Source: Psammoneis japonica (Eukaryota). Taken from it: a stretch of 64,000 nt of DNA. This document shows positions 12,750-24,170 of this stretch, one piece after another. Within the stretch, counting starts at the first letter, position 1, and each line of letters opens with the position of its first letter. The notes under the pieces are model-generated. The model was not told where the DNA came from, did no database searches, and saw only the letters and a list, made by a program, of their open reading frames with translations. Made by a program: the position numbers and the translations under genes. The stretch lies in assembly GCA_008632985.1 (NCBI GenBank), contig QPGO01000011.1:310001-374000 (forward strand), in the 5' to 3' direction.

Positions 12750-15320
12750 CCCCGACGTTCTTCAATGCAGTTTTGCCTTTCGTTTGTTGACTTTGTTGAC
12801 ACCCAACGGAGTTTGCACTTTGCACAGGTCATCATGAAATGCAACTCCTAGAGATGGGACACAATTAGATGACGATTCATACACATGTTTTTCACATGTT
12901 TTGTTTGGTCCTGGTCAACTGGCAACACAAGAATGAAAGAAGCAAGTGCTGCAAAAGCAAAGTGGTGATTCAATCAAGTTCCCTGAAGTCAGACAGCATC
13001 AGCATGAGAGGAGTCAATGGTGTCTCACCCTGTGTTTGGCCCAAGCACGCCAATGATTTGTGAACTCAGAACTTGTTTTTCTCATGCACCCCATGGCTTT
13101 CTGCAGCCATGTGTTCACCCAGTGAACTGTCAAGCTCTTGCAATGTGTTTCTCGTGACATTGCTCAAGTGCTCTTTACACTGCTGGAAATTGCTCATCTG
13201 TGGCTTTTGCACTGCGTGTTTGCAAAACACAGTGTGGCATCTGGTCTTTAGGTGCTTGGGGGAGCTTGGCAGCTGCTGCATCATGAACTGCTTTTTGTGC
13301 AAGCAGTGGTTGTTTTGAGAGCAGCACCCTGATCAGGAAGACCAGATCACAAAAGAGATGCACTGGACGACGCATTTTCCTGGTCAACCACAAGAATCCT
13401 CCAGCAGGGCACCAGGTGCAGGCATGCACAAAGAGCAACACAAATGAAACTTGTTGTTGTGTGAGCATCTTTGCTGGGTGGACAGGCATCATTGGAGCTT
13501 GCATGTTGTGAGTGTCTCAGCATCTTCAAAAGACAGGTGTGTGGGTTGTTGTGTGCTGTTCTGAACAAGCTTGGCAACCCCAAAGAGATGTCCAAAAGAG
13601 AGCTGGCAAAGCTCCATTTTGCAAAGTCAAGTGCCATTGGAAAGCAGCCACAGAAGGAGTTGCTCTCAACTTGGGTGGGAATGAAGCTGCCATGCAAAAA
13701 CCCAAAAGAGAAGGGGGGGCACTCTGTTGGTTTGTCCACATGAGCCAAAGCAGCCAGCAATGAATTCTTCTGATGATTTTTTCCTCAGGCCAAGTGTCAA
13801 ACAGATCTTGCTTGTGTTGACAGTGCTCTCTGCTGCCAGCACTTGCAGCTGTGTTTGCTCAAACTGCTCAGTTGGAACCTCAAAAGAGGCTTGTGCAATT
13901 TTCTGAACTGTTGCATTCCCCCTCCCAAAATTGATGTGCATTTGTTTGCAAGGCACCAAGCAGAGCTCTGTGGAGTTTGGTCATCATCTTTGGGGCAAAC
14001 TTTGACAAACAAGGTGAGCAAACAACTCCAAAACATGTGCTTGCTCCTGCTGCCAGTGCACAGTGTGTGCAGAACAAAAAAGCTGTGGTTGCCCTGGCTC
14101 CAATCATCTCAGAAAGCTTGTTGTCTCCTCCCATTTGCCCAACCCCCTTCTCATCTGTGCCACCGCATCTCCCAGCCAAGCAAAGCCACAAAGCAAAAAC
14201 CAGAGATGACAACAAGACACAAAAGCATTGTTGAGATTCTCCCATGTTCAGCTGTTCACACCTGGTCAGCCTCTTCAGATTGCCTTCAGAAAAGCCAAAG
14301 CTGAGCCTTTTGCGAATGGTTGCTGATGAGAGAGTGCAGCATCTCTGCACCTGACGTCTCTGCGTGTCTGCACATCTTGCTGCATCTCTGATGTTTTGCT
14401 GCATTTCTTCACACATGACTGCAATCGTGCTTTGTTCCTCAAAGGAACTCTCACCTGTTGACTCAAGACCCCTGTGGCACACATTCACAGCCGTGAGCAC
14501 GGGTTGTGGTGAACATGACAGCCTCTCTGCAGACCTCATGCCACAGCCAGCTCATGTCCTTTTTTTCACCCTGTGTGCACACCTGCGCACACTTTGCTTT
14601 TTGGTTTTTTCCATGATGCCTGTGAACAGTCTGATCTTTTGTCGAAGCACTCCAGCTCTGGGTGGGACCTCGCACTGCTGAGCTGTGACCTGTGACATCG
14701 ACAGCTTTTTGGATCACACCGCATGTCACACAGCCATGTAGAAAGGCGTGAGACTTTTTTGAAATTTTGTGTCATTTTGTGGTGCACTTGTTGAGCAATC
14801 CGTCTAACAACTTTTGACATTTTTTGTTGCAGCACGATTCTACAATGTCTTGAGAATCACGTGGGGCAGGCACATTTGCGCAAAAACGTCGAGTGGCAAC
14901 AGGCAGCATTGCACCACAAACTTGGCCGTTCATTTGATGTTGAAGATGAATGTGTCCGTTGATTAAATTCTCACACTGCAGAGCTCACATGCAGAATTCC
15001 ATGGGCCCAATGTCACACGGAGTCCCGCCTGGAGAACTGGAGCCCGTGTCTGTCTTTAATTTTCTTCTTGCATGTGCTGCTGCAGGCCAAGAGTGCAGAT
15101 GTTTGCAGCTCTGGATGATGACCAGTGGCACCTGTGCTCTCATCGGGGGGGCCAGCTGAGTTTTCATTTTGCTTGACAATGCAGGGGTGCTGAAATGATG
15201 TGTGCCCACATGATGGCGCACGTGGTTGGTTGCCACACCTTCGCGGACAAAAGAGCTCGACATCGGACTGCTGCAATTTTGTTCCGAGGTCTCATGGGGC
15301 AGGTCCAATGCTGCACTAAA
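12750..15320. other. TpA-depleted hypermutated block 1 (probably TE-derived; contains a MITE)
   Basis: Only about a dozen TA dinucleotides in ~2.6 kb. TG/CA-rich. Six-frame ORFs are essentially Tyr-free and Cys/His-rich. Confidence 0.9.
14644..15050 (-). mobile_element. ~407-bp MITE of the GACGCGTTCCAG-TIR family, heavily TpA/CpG-mutated, 4-bp TSD TGTC
   Basis: Aligns by eye to the reverse complements of 39497-39780 and ~62350-62437. Flanked by tgtc at 14640-14643 and 15051-15054. Confidence 0.85.
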
Positions 15321-15398
15321 GTGTGACCATCTGACCACATCGGACTGCTCTAATTTTATTCCGAGGTCTCAATCATGGGGCAGGTCCAACGTTGTACT
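15260..15398 (+). repeat. ~60-bp tandem duplication straddling the block boundary (15260-15317 and 15337-15398)
   Basis: acatcggactgctgcaattttgttccgagg...ccaatgctgcact versus acatcggactgctctaattttattccgagg...ccaacgttgtact. Confidence 0.9.
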
Positions 15399-15636
15399 CT
15401 CTAGAGAGCTGCTCTGTAGTTACATTACTTTAGTAGAGCGAGATGTGTACTTACATGTTGTTCATTCGTTGCCACGTCATCCCTCATAAATGCTGACTCA
15501 TAACCAAAATTTGCGGTTTGCGTCGTTCATGCTTTTCTGCGCTCACAAAGTTTACTTCTTCTTCGCAACTCTGCGTCCGTGTCGTCATTCTTCGTCGGCG
15601 GTGGCGTTCAGTAAAGACACAGTTTACAAATTCACC

Positions 15637-16743
15637 ATGAAGTTTGTCAGAATTGCTCCCCAACAAATCCTTGTTGGGTTGTTTGCATTGACCCATTCGG
15701 CTAGTTGCTTTTTTCCGCTATTCTCCACGTCAGCTTCCAAAGTCGGCGCCGCAAAACCGACCATTTCAGTGAACAAAGTGGCGGTAGCTGGTGCCACTGG
15801 AAGAACAGGCAAGCTGGTTGTGGAGGAAGCATTGAGTCGCAACATGCAAGTTGTTGCGCTCGTTCGTGATTTGGAAAAGGCGGGCAAAGAGTTGCCCGAA
15901 TCAGATTCATTACAAGTTGTGGAGTGCAAGCTCGACGACGCGAAAAAGGTTAGCGAGGCTGTCAATGGTTGCGATGCAGCTCTTTGGTGTGCTACGGGAT
16001 TCTCAGATGCTCCTGGTTCATCCACCTGGCAAAAGATTCAGGGTCTTTTTGGCATTGCTTTTACCCCGAAAAAGACAATCGACGCCGTTGGAGTTCAGAT
16101 CTTGGCGGATTGTTTTGAGGGTAAAAAGGATTCGTCGGTACCACGTATCGTGATGCTTAGTTCGGCGGGAGTAACGAGAACACAATGGGACGAGGAGAAG
16201 AAGGAGCTTTTCCCAGGGAGTGCTGACATACCTATTGTTAGACTGAATCCGTTCGGTATTCTCGATGTAAAAGCGGAGAGTGAGGAAGCGTTACGAAAAT
16301 CTGGTGTCCCGTATTCAATTGTCCGCCCATGCGGTCTGAACGACGATTGGCCAGCTGGTTCGCGGCCTGTATTTTCACAAGGGGACGTTGCCGCAGGAAG
16401 GACAAACCGTAAAGATCTTGCAAAAGTTCTCGTGGATACCTTGAGAACGCCCGAGGCAACAGGAAAGACTTTTGAAATGTTTACCCTATCCGGTTACCAG
16501 CCTCCACTATCCATTTCTGAGCCTCTCGGTGCACTTCAGCTAGACAGTCACGGGCTCCCATCATTAGAAACAGTGTCCGCAACTTATACAGCAATGCAGC
16601 AGCTTTTGCCAGGAGAGAAGCAAGACTCTGCTGGCCTTGCAATGGGACAAACCTACGACCAGCTGGACTCTGATGAAGAAGGGCGATTTGGCAAAAGAGG
16701 CGAAGAGAATCTTGCAGCAGCTCTCCCTACTGTTGCGTCATAA
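15637..16743 (+). CDS. Plastid-targeted NAD(P)-binding Rossmann-fold protein (atypical SDR, Tic62/NmrA-like)
   Basis: Signal peptide ending ASC-FF, VAVAGATGRTG nucleotide-binding motif, SSAGV and YSIVRP motifs. Confidence 0.85.
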   Translation: MKFVRIAPQQILVGLFALTHSASCFFPLFSTSASKVGAAKPTISVNKVAVAGATGRTGKLVVEEALSRNMQVVALVRDLEKAGKELPESDSLQVVECKLDDAKKVSEAVNGCDAALWCATGFSDAPGSSTWQKIQGLFGIAFTPKKTIDAVGVQILADCFEGKKDSSVPRIVMLSSAGVTRTQWDEEKKELFPGSADIPIVRLNPFGILDVKAESEEALRKSGVPYSIVRPCGLNDDWPAGSRPVFSQGDVAAGRTNRKDLAKVLVDTLRTPEATGKTFEMFTLSGYQPPLSISEPLGALQLDSHGLPSLETVSATYTAMQQLLPGEKQDSAGLAMGQTYDQLDSDEEGRFGKRGEENLAAALPTVAS

Positions 16744-16840
16744 TAGTTATGTACCATTTAAATAAGTCACAGTAGAAGTAGAAACAATCAAGCTAGCATC
16801 CCATATAATATTTTGAAGCTACATTTTCATCAACGTGCAA

Positions 16841-18272
16841 CTACCTTTTCAGAACGGCTGAGAGTGCTCCGTCCAAATCCTCAATTAGGTCACTGCAACT
16901 TTCGACGCCAACCGACAAACGAATCAGAGAATCATCAATGCCGAGCAATTTGCGTTGTTCGTCTGGCACCGACGCGTGCGTCATGAGTGACGGAGACTCT
17001 GCCAGAGACTCTACAGCTCCTAGGGATTCAGCCAACGCAAAAACATGGAGCTACAGAAACGAAAAGAGGCGAGAGTAAGCGAACACGTCACAAAGAGGAA
17101 AAGAGCGGCAATAGTCACTCACGTTCTGCAAGAAAATAGCAGCTTCGGGTCTGGAGCCAACACAATAAAATGTAACCATCGCTCCGAACCCATGCTGCTG
17201 CTGCTTTGCAAGCTCGTGTTGAGGGTGTGATTTCAAACCCGGATAAATCACTTTTGTGACGCCCTTGTGGCTTTCGAGGAACAGAGCAATGGCGTGAGCG
17301 TTCCTGGCTGCCGCTTCCATTCGTAAGTGCAGCGTCTTTAATCCACGGTGAGCTAAAAAGCAATCAAATGGTGAAGGGACGGCGCCAATACCATTCTGGA
17401 CAAAGCGGAGGCGGTTATACAAGTCTTCACGATTGGTGCAAACAACTCCCATGACTACATCAGAGTGACCACCAATGTACTTTGTGACGGAATGAACCAC
17501 AAGATCAGCACCCAAATCAAGCGGTGTCTGAAAATATGGTGAACAAAAAGTATTGTCGACTGCCAAGATACAGTCGTCTCGTTTCGCCTGGGCTACACTC
17601 ACAATGTCTGAGATCTTTAATGTTGGATTTGTAGGTGTTTCCAACCAAAGCAATCTTGCACCTTCTTTCTCCTTGACAGCCGAGGGAGAGAATTCGCCAA
17701 ACTCGACAGTAATACCCATGGTGGTTGCCACAATACGACGTAGATAACGCTGCGTTCCACCATAGACATCGTCCACGCAATAAATGGAGCTCCCCGATTC
17801 CAACAGGTGCACCACTGCAGATGTAGCCGCGCTGCCTGAAGAAAACGCTACACAGAACTTTGCTTTCTCTGCTGAAGCCATGGCTCGTTCAAAAGCTCCA
17901 CGAGTTGGATTACCCGTTCTTGAATATTCGTAACCCAAACCAAAGCTATTTGGGTCATTCGGCGCAGTAGCCAAACCCGGCGTCGATTGCACAAAAGTAG
18001 TAGCAAGGCTGATCGGCACAACCACAGCCCCTGTTGAATTCGCTTTCTCGTTCTTTTCCCTGTTCGACTTTGGCTCTCGATCGTCGTGAATATGGACATA
18101 GGCGGTCCCCTGTCCACGGTAGGGGTCTGAAACGAGAATCGAGAGTCGAAGAAAGGCGTATCAGAATCGAGTCAAGAAGTTTTGGGAACACACGCAGCGA
18201 CGCAACACGAAACTTACCTGCTTCCTCTATAGCACGTCGGACATCCTCGTCGATTTGACTGGCGCTTGTCAT
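16841..18272 (-). CDS. CTH: Cystathionine gamma-lyase (PLP-dependent Cys/Met metabolism family), 2 introns
   Basis: YSRTGNPTR, DDVYGGT, WLETPTNP, VDNTF, HSVTKYIGGHSD (PLP lysine), LAESLGAVESL, LIRLSVGVE. Confidence 0.92.
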
Positions 18273-21200
18273 GGTGGAAACAATTCTCGTCTTGACAGCT
18301 GGGTGTCAACAAATGAAATTCTGTTGAGCTGAAGCCTATTCGTTGGGTGCAGTGTCTCGAAAGCGAAATGTTTGAGCTCGAGCTCTTGACTCTTGATCGG
18401 GGGTCGATGACACCGCACCGCACGACGAAATTCTCACTCACACCAAAAGCATTCGCACGACTCAGCCACAACATGCCCTGGGCCCCTCCCTCACCGTCCA
18501 TCACATCATGTGCCATGAAAAACTGAAGATGTTGAAGAGACAAGATCTTGTCTTGTCGTCGACGCAGCAAAACAATTAGCATTTTGGGTGGGAGGTGAAT
18601 GGCAGAGGTCACAATGACTGCCAAGTTGCGCGCAGACTTTGGCGGCCACAGAAGGAGGAAAGGTGGTGCTGGGTGGGCGGGCACACGATTGATGGAAAAA
18701 GGTGATGGACCAATGTGGGGGCAAGGAGGGGGGCAGCAGAGCAAGGTGACAGGCTTGTTGCTGTGGTGTGGCAAATGTTGAGTGTTGGCACTCTGGTTGT
18801 CTGTTGACAAAATCAGAAAGAACAAGGGCCCCCAACAGGCGAGTGCCAGCTGCAGTGCCATCATGCCTCCTCGAGATCCAGGACATTTGGCACAACCTGA
18901 GTTGTGGCATGCAGCTTGAAGTCAAGGGGGGGGGGGGGGGAGAGAGCAGGTGGGGCAAGAAATGGTGCACTGGTGCACAAAAGACACAGCAGCAAGGCAC
19001 CCGCTGCAGCAAACACAGGTTTTGCTGTTGGAAAAACAAAAGATTTGCATTCTAGACATCTCCATGGTTGGCATGAATTGCAAGTTGCATGGAAGGAAGT
19101 TTAAGTGCCGCGCATGTTGCACTTTGTTGAAAGGCAAAGTCAAGCCACAAAGACTCTTCTTGTGCTCAAAGCAATGTGAAATGAAAAGCAAAGAGGGGGG
19201 CCTCGCTGGGGCGGAAGAGAAGTCCCGGCTCGGTCCACTCGCCGGGACGAGCTGGTTGTTTGTTTTGCAGTGGGCTCAACTTTGACATCAAAGCAGTTGA
19301 GAGCAAACTCCAGATGCAGTTTTGACATGAAATGACCAGTTTCTCAAGGATTTTCCTTCACCCAGTTTGTGCTGTGGTGCGAGTGCTGTGTGTGGACAGC
19401 AGCAGCAGCTCGGGGGGGGGCAGCACCAGGTGGCAGCCCAGATGCATCAGCTTGCTCTTCAAAAGAGCTGCAGTCACAACCCAACAAACCCAGATGGCAG
19501 TTGCCAGAAGCAGATCTCTTGCTTGAAGTGAAGCTGCTGCTGAGTTGTTTTTGCACATGAAGAAAAACAACAAGAAAGCTCATTTTCAGCTGTGCCAGCG
19601 GGGCTGCTGGGTTTGCAAGTGAGAGCAGGGGTCGTGCTGCAAGCTGGGGTGAGCAAAGTCACTGGAGACAACTCAAACTGGGGTCATGTGCATGATCTTG
19701 AAAAAAGGGAACAGGAGCACTGGATCAAAAGAAGAGAAAAAAGCACTGCACAGGCAAGGGCAGCACCCTGCCGAGGCAGCAAAAAGCACGCCAATTGGCT
19801 TTGCTCCCCAGATGCACCAGCTGCTCCCCTGCAAAAGAGTTTTGTCATTGCTGTGTTTCTGTCTTGTGCTTGTCATCAAAGTTTTGCATGCACTGGACAA
19901 GCTGATGATTTGAACAAGGTGCTGAAGCAACACACAAACATGGAGTGTGCGCGCATGGAAGTGTGCCGCGTTTTGTGAAGGAGTTTCTGGCAATGCAGAG
20001 CAGCAGAGAACCTGCTGTGCAATTTAAAACCACACACAGATGGGTCATGGCGAGAAGGGAACAAACTGCAAAGCATGGTCATGGTGTGCAAGCACAAAAC
20101 TCTTTTTCTGTGTTCTGCATTTTTGATGCACTGGCCGAAGGACTGCTTCAATCTTGACATCTCTCAGGCTTTGCTTCTGACAAAGTGATGAGGACTCCAA
20201 TGTTTGTGCCATTGGCTGCAGGCGTCCCATCACCTGTCATTGTTTTGTCTTTCGCTGGTGTGAACACAGTGGCACAACAACACAACATGCACATGCAGAT
20301 GGGTGTTGTGTCATTTTAAGGGGCTTGGGTGTTGTTTCATTGGTCTTGTGTGATGTTTTGTCAGCGGGCATTGCATTGATGTGTTTTGGCCAATCAGAAA
20401 ACTCTTCCTAAGATTTGCGACATTTTTGTCAAAGGAAAAGAATAAATGAAATGCTCTTTCTTTTGTCACAATGACAAATTGCAATTGGCCATGTCGAAAC
20501 AAAGGCAATTTATGAATGTCCCATGTGTCATGACATGATGTGATCACATTCATTCCATGACTGGGTCACAATCATCACAACACTGTCGCGTGGCCCTTCA
20601 AAAACACGATCAGCAAACTCAGCGTCGCACAATCATGCTTCTACATTCACGAACAATTTTTACAACTCCTCACATGCGTTCTCATCAAAGAACACTTTTT
20701 TAGGAAGTGACGTCATTTGTGCTGTTTTTTTAACAACTTTCAATGCCTTCTATCTCGAAAACGAGTCAGAATCCCCCCCCTTTTCTCGTTTCCAAAACAT
20801 CTCTTTTACTCAGCTGCATGACATGAGCGAATCATAAAAAAAGAATCATTTTGGAGATGTTTTTGCTTTTGTGCAATCGTGTGGCATGTCACGAGCTCTT
20901 TTTCTGAATTTTGGTCTCAACTTCATGATCGGTGTTCCATGCATGGCAACGCAGACAGAACCCTGAAACCATCGTTTCCTCATCCACCTTCATGCATTGC
21001 ACTTGGTCCACAAAAGTCAGACCCATCCATCCGGTTTGAAAAATCTCGCTTCGTTTGCTCCTCCTTTCGCCGACCAACGAGGTCCCATTTTTTCAAAATT
21101 CCGAAAAACAAGTTAAAATTCCAGGCCCTGATCGGCACACAATGCTTGGTTGACATGCACCTGACTGCAAGATGCCTCTCCGGGTCCCTCCCCGTGAGGC

Positions 21201-23479
21201 GAAACACTCAACTGGCCGCACCATGAGAGCGCAGGTCCATCAAGCCCAAAAAGCCCGCCGCCAAGCACCAAGAAGGTGCAGGACACTTGTTCTTTGACAC
21301 CCATCATGAAACTTTTTTCGACAAAACCTTGCAAGTGTGCTGTCAGACCACAAAAATGACACCATGCTGAATGAGAAGAAAGCACCAATGACTGTGATTT
21401 GAAGCTGTGAGCAACCTGGCTGCCATGCTGAAGAACACACACCAGAAGCCACCCCCGCACACAGCATGGCGCAGCGCCAGGCACAAAATTGTGCACATCA
21501 GAGAATGGAAAAAACTTCAAGAATGGAGCATGATGGCAAAACTTCCTCTCTCTTCTGGCTGGTGTGGTGATGGTGGGAGAGCAGCCTTGCTGCCGTGCAT
21601 CAAAGCATGCCAGACAGTGGCGCTTCTGCAGAAGAAGGTGCAGAACAAAACAAACACATGTGCCACAACCAAGTTTGATGATTTCCCATCACCCTCTTGT
21701 TGTGCTCATTTTGTTGCAGCAATCTGAGTGATGGCTGGTCTTTGTGAAAATTGGCAGCAAAGAACAAGAAAGCACTGCAAAATTCTGCCGGGCCACCCGG
21801 AAGCTGCTGACAAACCTGAGGAACATCTGCAAAAGACAAAAACCAAGCAATGACACCAAGATCTTGCATGCTTTCATTGCCCTGTGACAAAGCACTTGCC
21901 TTTGCAGTCCAAGCAAGAACAACAGCTTTTTTGTGAAAACAACCAACAAGTGCACAGCAGTGCAGCCATTGTGTTGAGTGTGGTGCTGCTGCTGCTTGAC
22001 ATGTGGTGACACCGCACATTGTGGCTGAAACAGGGAGGGGCATCTCCAGTGTAAATTTTTTGCACTTTTTGACTGCCCAGTTGCTCGTGTGTCAGCATTT
22101 TGTTGAAAATTCTGTGAGCACAGAGTGGTGCAGCATTGCACACCTGAGATCAAAAACAGCCAAGCCCAAAATCCAAAGGTGAGGCAAACTGACAACTGAC
22201 AACAGCTGCACCCACACAATTGTTGTGCAATGTCACTGCAAAGGTTTCAAGCAGCATGGCCTCAATCTTGCCAACAGAGAAGATGGCCCATTCATTGGAT
22301 GAATGTTGCCACATTTGGGTGGTGCAATGGCTGCATTCCAGACATGCACAAACGGCATGCATGTGCCACCCAACAGAACAGGAAACCACAAAATGAAACA
22401 ATGAAACATCTTTGTGCACAGAGACAAGCAAAAGCACCCTGACAAAAGATGAGCAAGGCACTCAAATGCACAGTTTGTGAGGTGGTGGGATTGACACAAT
22501 GGCACAATCAGCTGGGCTTTGGCACACACAATGTCAAATGCAACACCCAATGACTTCCGTTCCAAGATGGTCTCAGCAGACACTCACAAGACTTGTTCTG
22601 GGAGACCATTCTCAGGACCAAAAACATGCACAACTGGACTGAACTCGCAGAAAATGAAGGATCTTGTCACAATTTCCATCTGGCACCCAGATGCAGAAGT
22701 TGCAGCTGTTGCTGTGCAGATTGCTCAGTGCTGCTCCAGCAGTGCTGGAACCCACCTTTGCAGTGTGGAGCAGCAGACTGCTGGTGGCCACTGGAGGTGT
22801 TAAACATTGGAGGAGAGGCTTTTTTTTGCAGGACACACAATGTTGCAGGGAAGGACACACTGATGATTGTGGATGACCTGGTGAATTTGTGTTGCAGCTC
22901 AAGTTGAGTTGCAAGTCTGGTGCTCATGCTTTAGCTTCTGCATCCAACTGACACAATGACAGCAGTTGGCAGCATTGGGAAGAAGTTTGCAAGCCATGTG
23001 GTGAGTTGGGGGTTCATGAGACCGAGTGCACACCAGCTGGCAAGCCACAATTCTCCAACACAGAAGCTGAAATGGCTGGCTGGTGGGAAGTCATCAGGAA
23101 TCCCAGGGTGTGTGGTTTGTGTCAGCAGATTGTTGTGACAAACAAGCCAGCTGGATGAAAGCAAAGAGACAAGCTCTTGAGGGCTTCTTGCTGCCTGTGA
23201 GGAAGCTGCCAAGGGTCTGCTGGAGGAGGGTGTGGCAAAGTTGTGTCAGGCTGGGACAAAATGGGCGCAAGGGGACACAGCTGAGTGCAGAAGCACAAAA
23301 GACTCACAAAGGAGTGGGTGCAGGACACCATTGCCAAGTCAGGATGACAGGCAGATGGCCACACAGAAAGCACCAAGAATTGGCGAGCATGTCAGAAAAG
23401 AAAAGAATGTTTGGGCCAGAGATGCAGGTGCTGGCATCTCTGAGGCAGGAGAGTGTGCCAAAAGAGCCAGAGCATCCAT

Positions 23480-23875
23480 CAGGAGACACAATGTTGGAGA
23501 AAGACAAGGCAATTTGGGGCAAGCAATGTGATTGCCATGTGAAACAGAGCACAATCTGCAAGATGCAAAAAAGGCAAAGGCACTCAACACAATTGTGGGA
23601 CAGCGCACAAAGAGGCTGTTCATCACAGTGAGGTTGAAGGTTGAAGGAGTGATGGAGTTTGAGAGGGTCACTGAGAAGTGAAATGTGTGGTGGCGCTGTC
23701 TGGGGTTTTCAAACCAATCTTGTTTTTGATGCAAGTGGGAAGATGTGCCAGCATGACCAGGAGGCGGTCAAGGCTTGGAAGCACTTTTTGCTCATTTGTC
23801 AAGATCATGAGGGAGAAGCACTTCAAGATCATTGTGATCGGCTCTCAAGGAGTGTTGTCAAGATGGCCGAAACAT
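23480..23875 (+). mobile_element. Degenerate Ty1/Copia (diatom CoDi-like) gag fragment
   Basis: KAIWGKQCDCHVKQ..IC, shifted-frame KAKALNTIVGQ, LVFD...AVKAWKHFLLICQ...LQDHCDR. Resembles diatom Copia gag once C/H are restored to Y. Recognised from memory only. Confidence 0.45.
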
Positions 23876-23899
23876 CCTGCAGCAGAGTCATCCTGGAAG

Positions 23900-24170
23900 A
23901 AATCAGTGTCAGGGTCAGTGATCTGCCCCAGATGCCAAATGCATTGTCAACAAGTTGCTTGCAACAAAAGAGGTTGGAGCCAAACTCCTCCATTGTGAGT
24001 GCAGCTTTTTTGGGGGCACAACAGAGTGTGGCACACAGGAAAGGGGGGTGCACCCATGGCCACTCCATTGCATTGGCACCATGTGCAGTGTTGCTAAACT
24101 CGAAAACATTGTGCTTCATGACTGTTTGAAGTGCTTCAACGAGGGCTTCTGTTGGGATGTTGTTGCAGGT
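23900..24170 (-). mobile_element. Degenerate Penelope-like reverse transcriptase fragment
   Basis: LQTVMKHNVFEF, shifted-frame QCNGVAMGAPP, CATLCC and FCCKQLVDNAFGIW match the PLE RT pattern N.F.F...Q..G.AMG.P...A.LY...Y.R.VDD.F.IW with Tyr->Cys/His. Confidence 0.7.

Noticed and set aside
12750..15320. Classical RIP or simple CpG methylation decay as the explanation of the TG/CA-rich blocks
   Set aside because: RIP increases TpA, and CpG decay cannot remove TpA. Alignments and conserved Tyr codons show A->G / T->C at TA.
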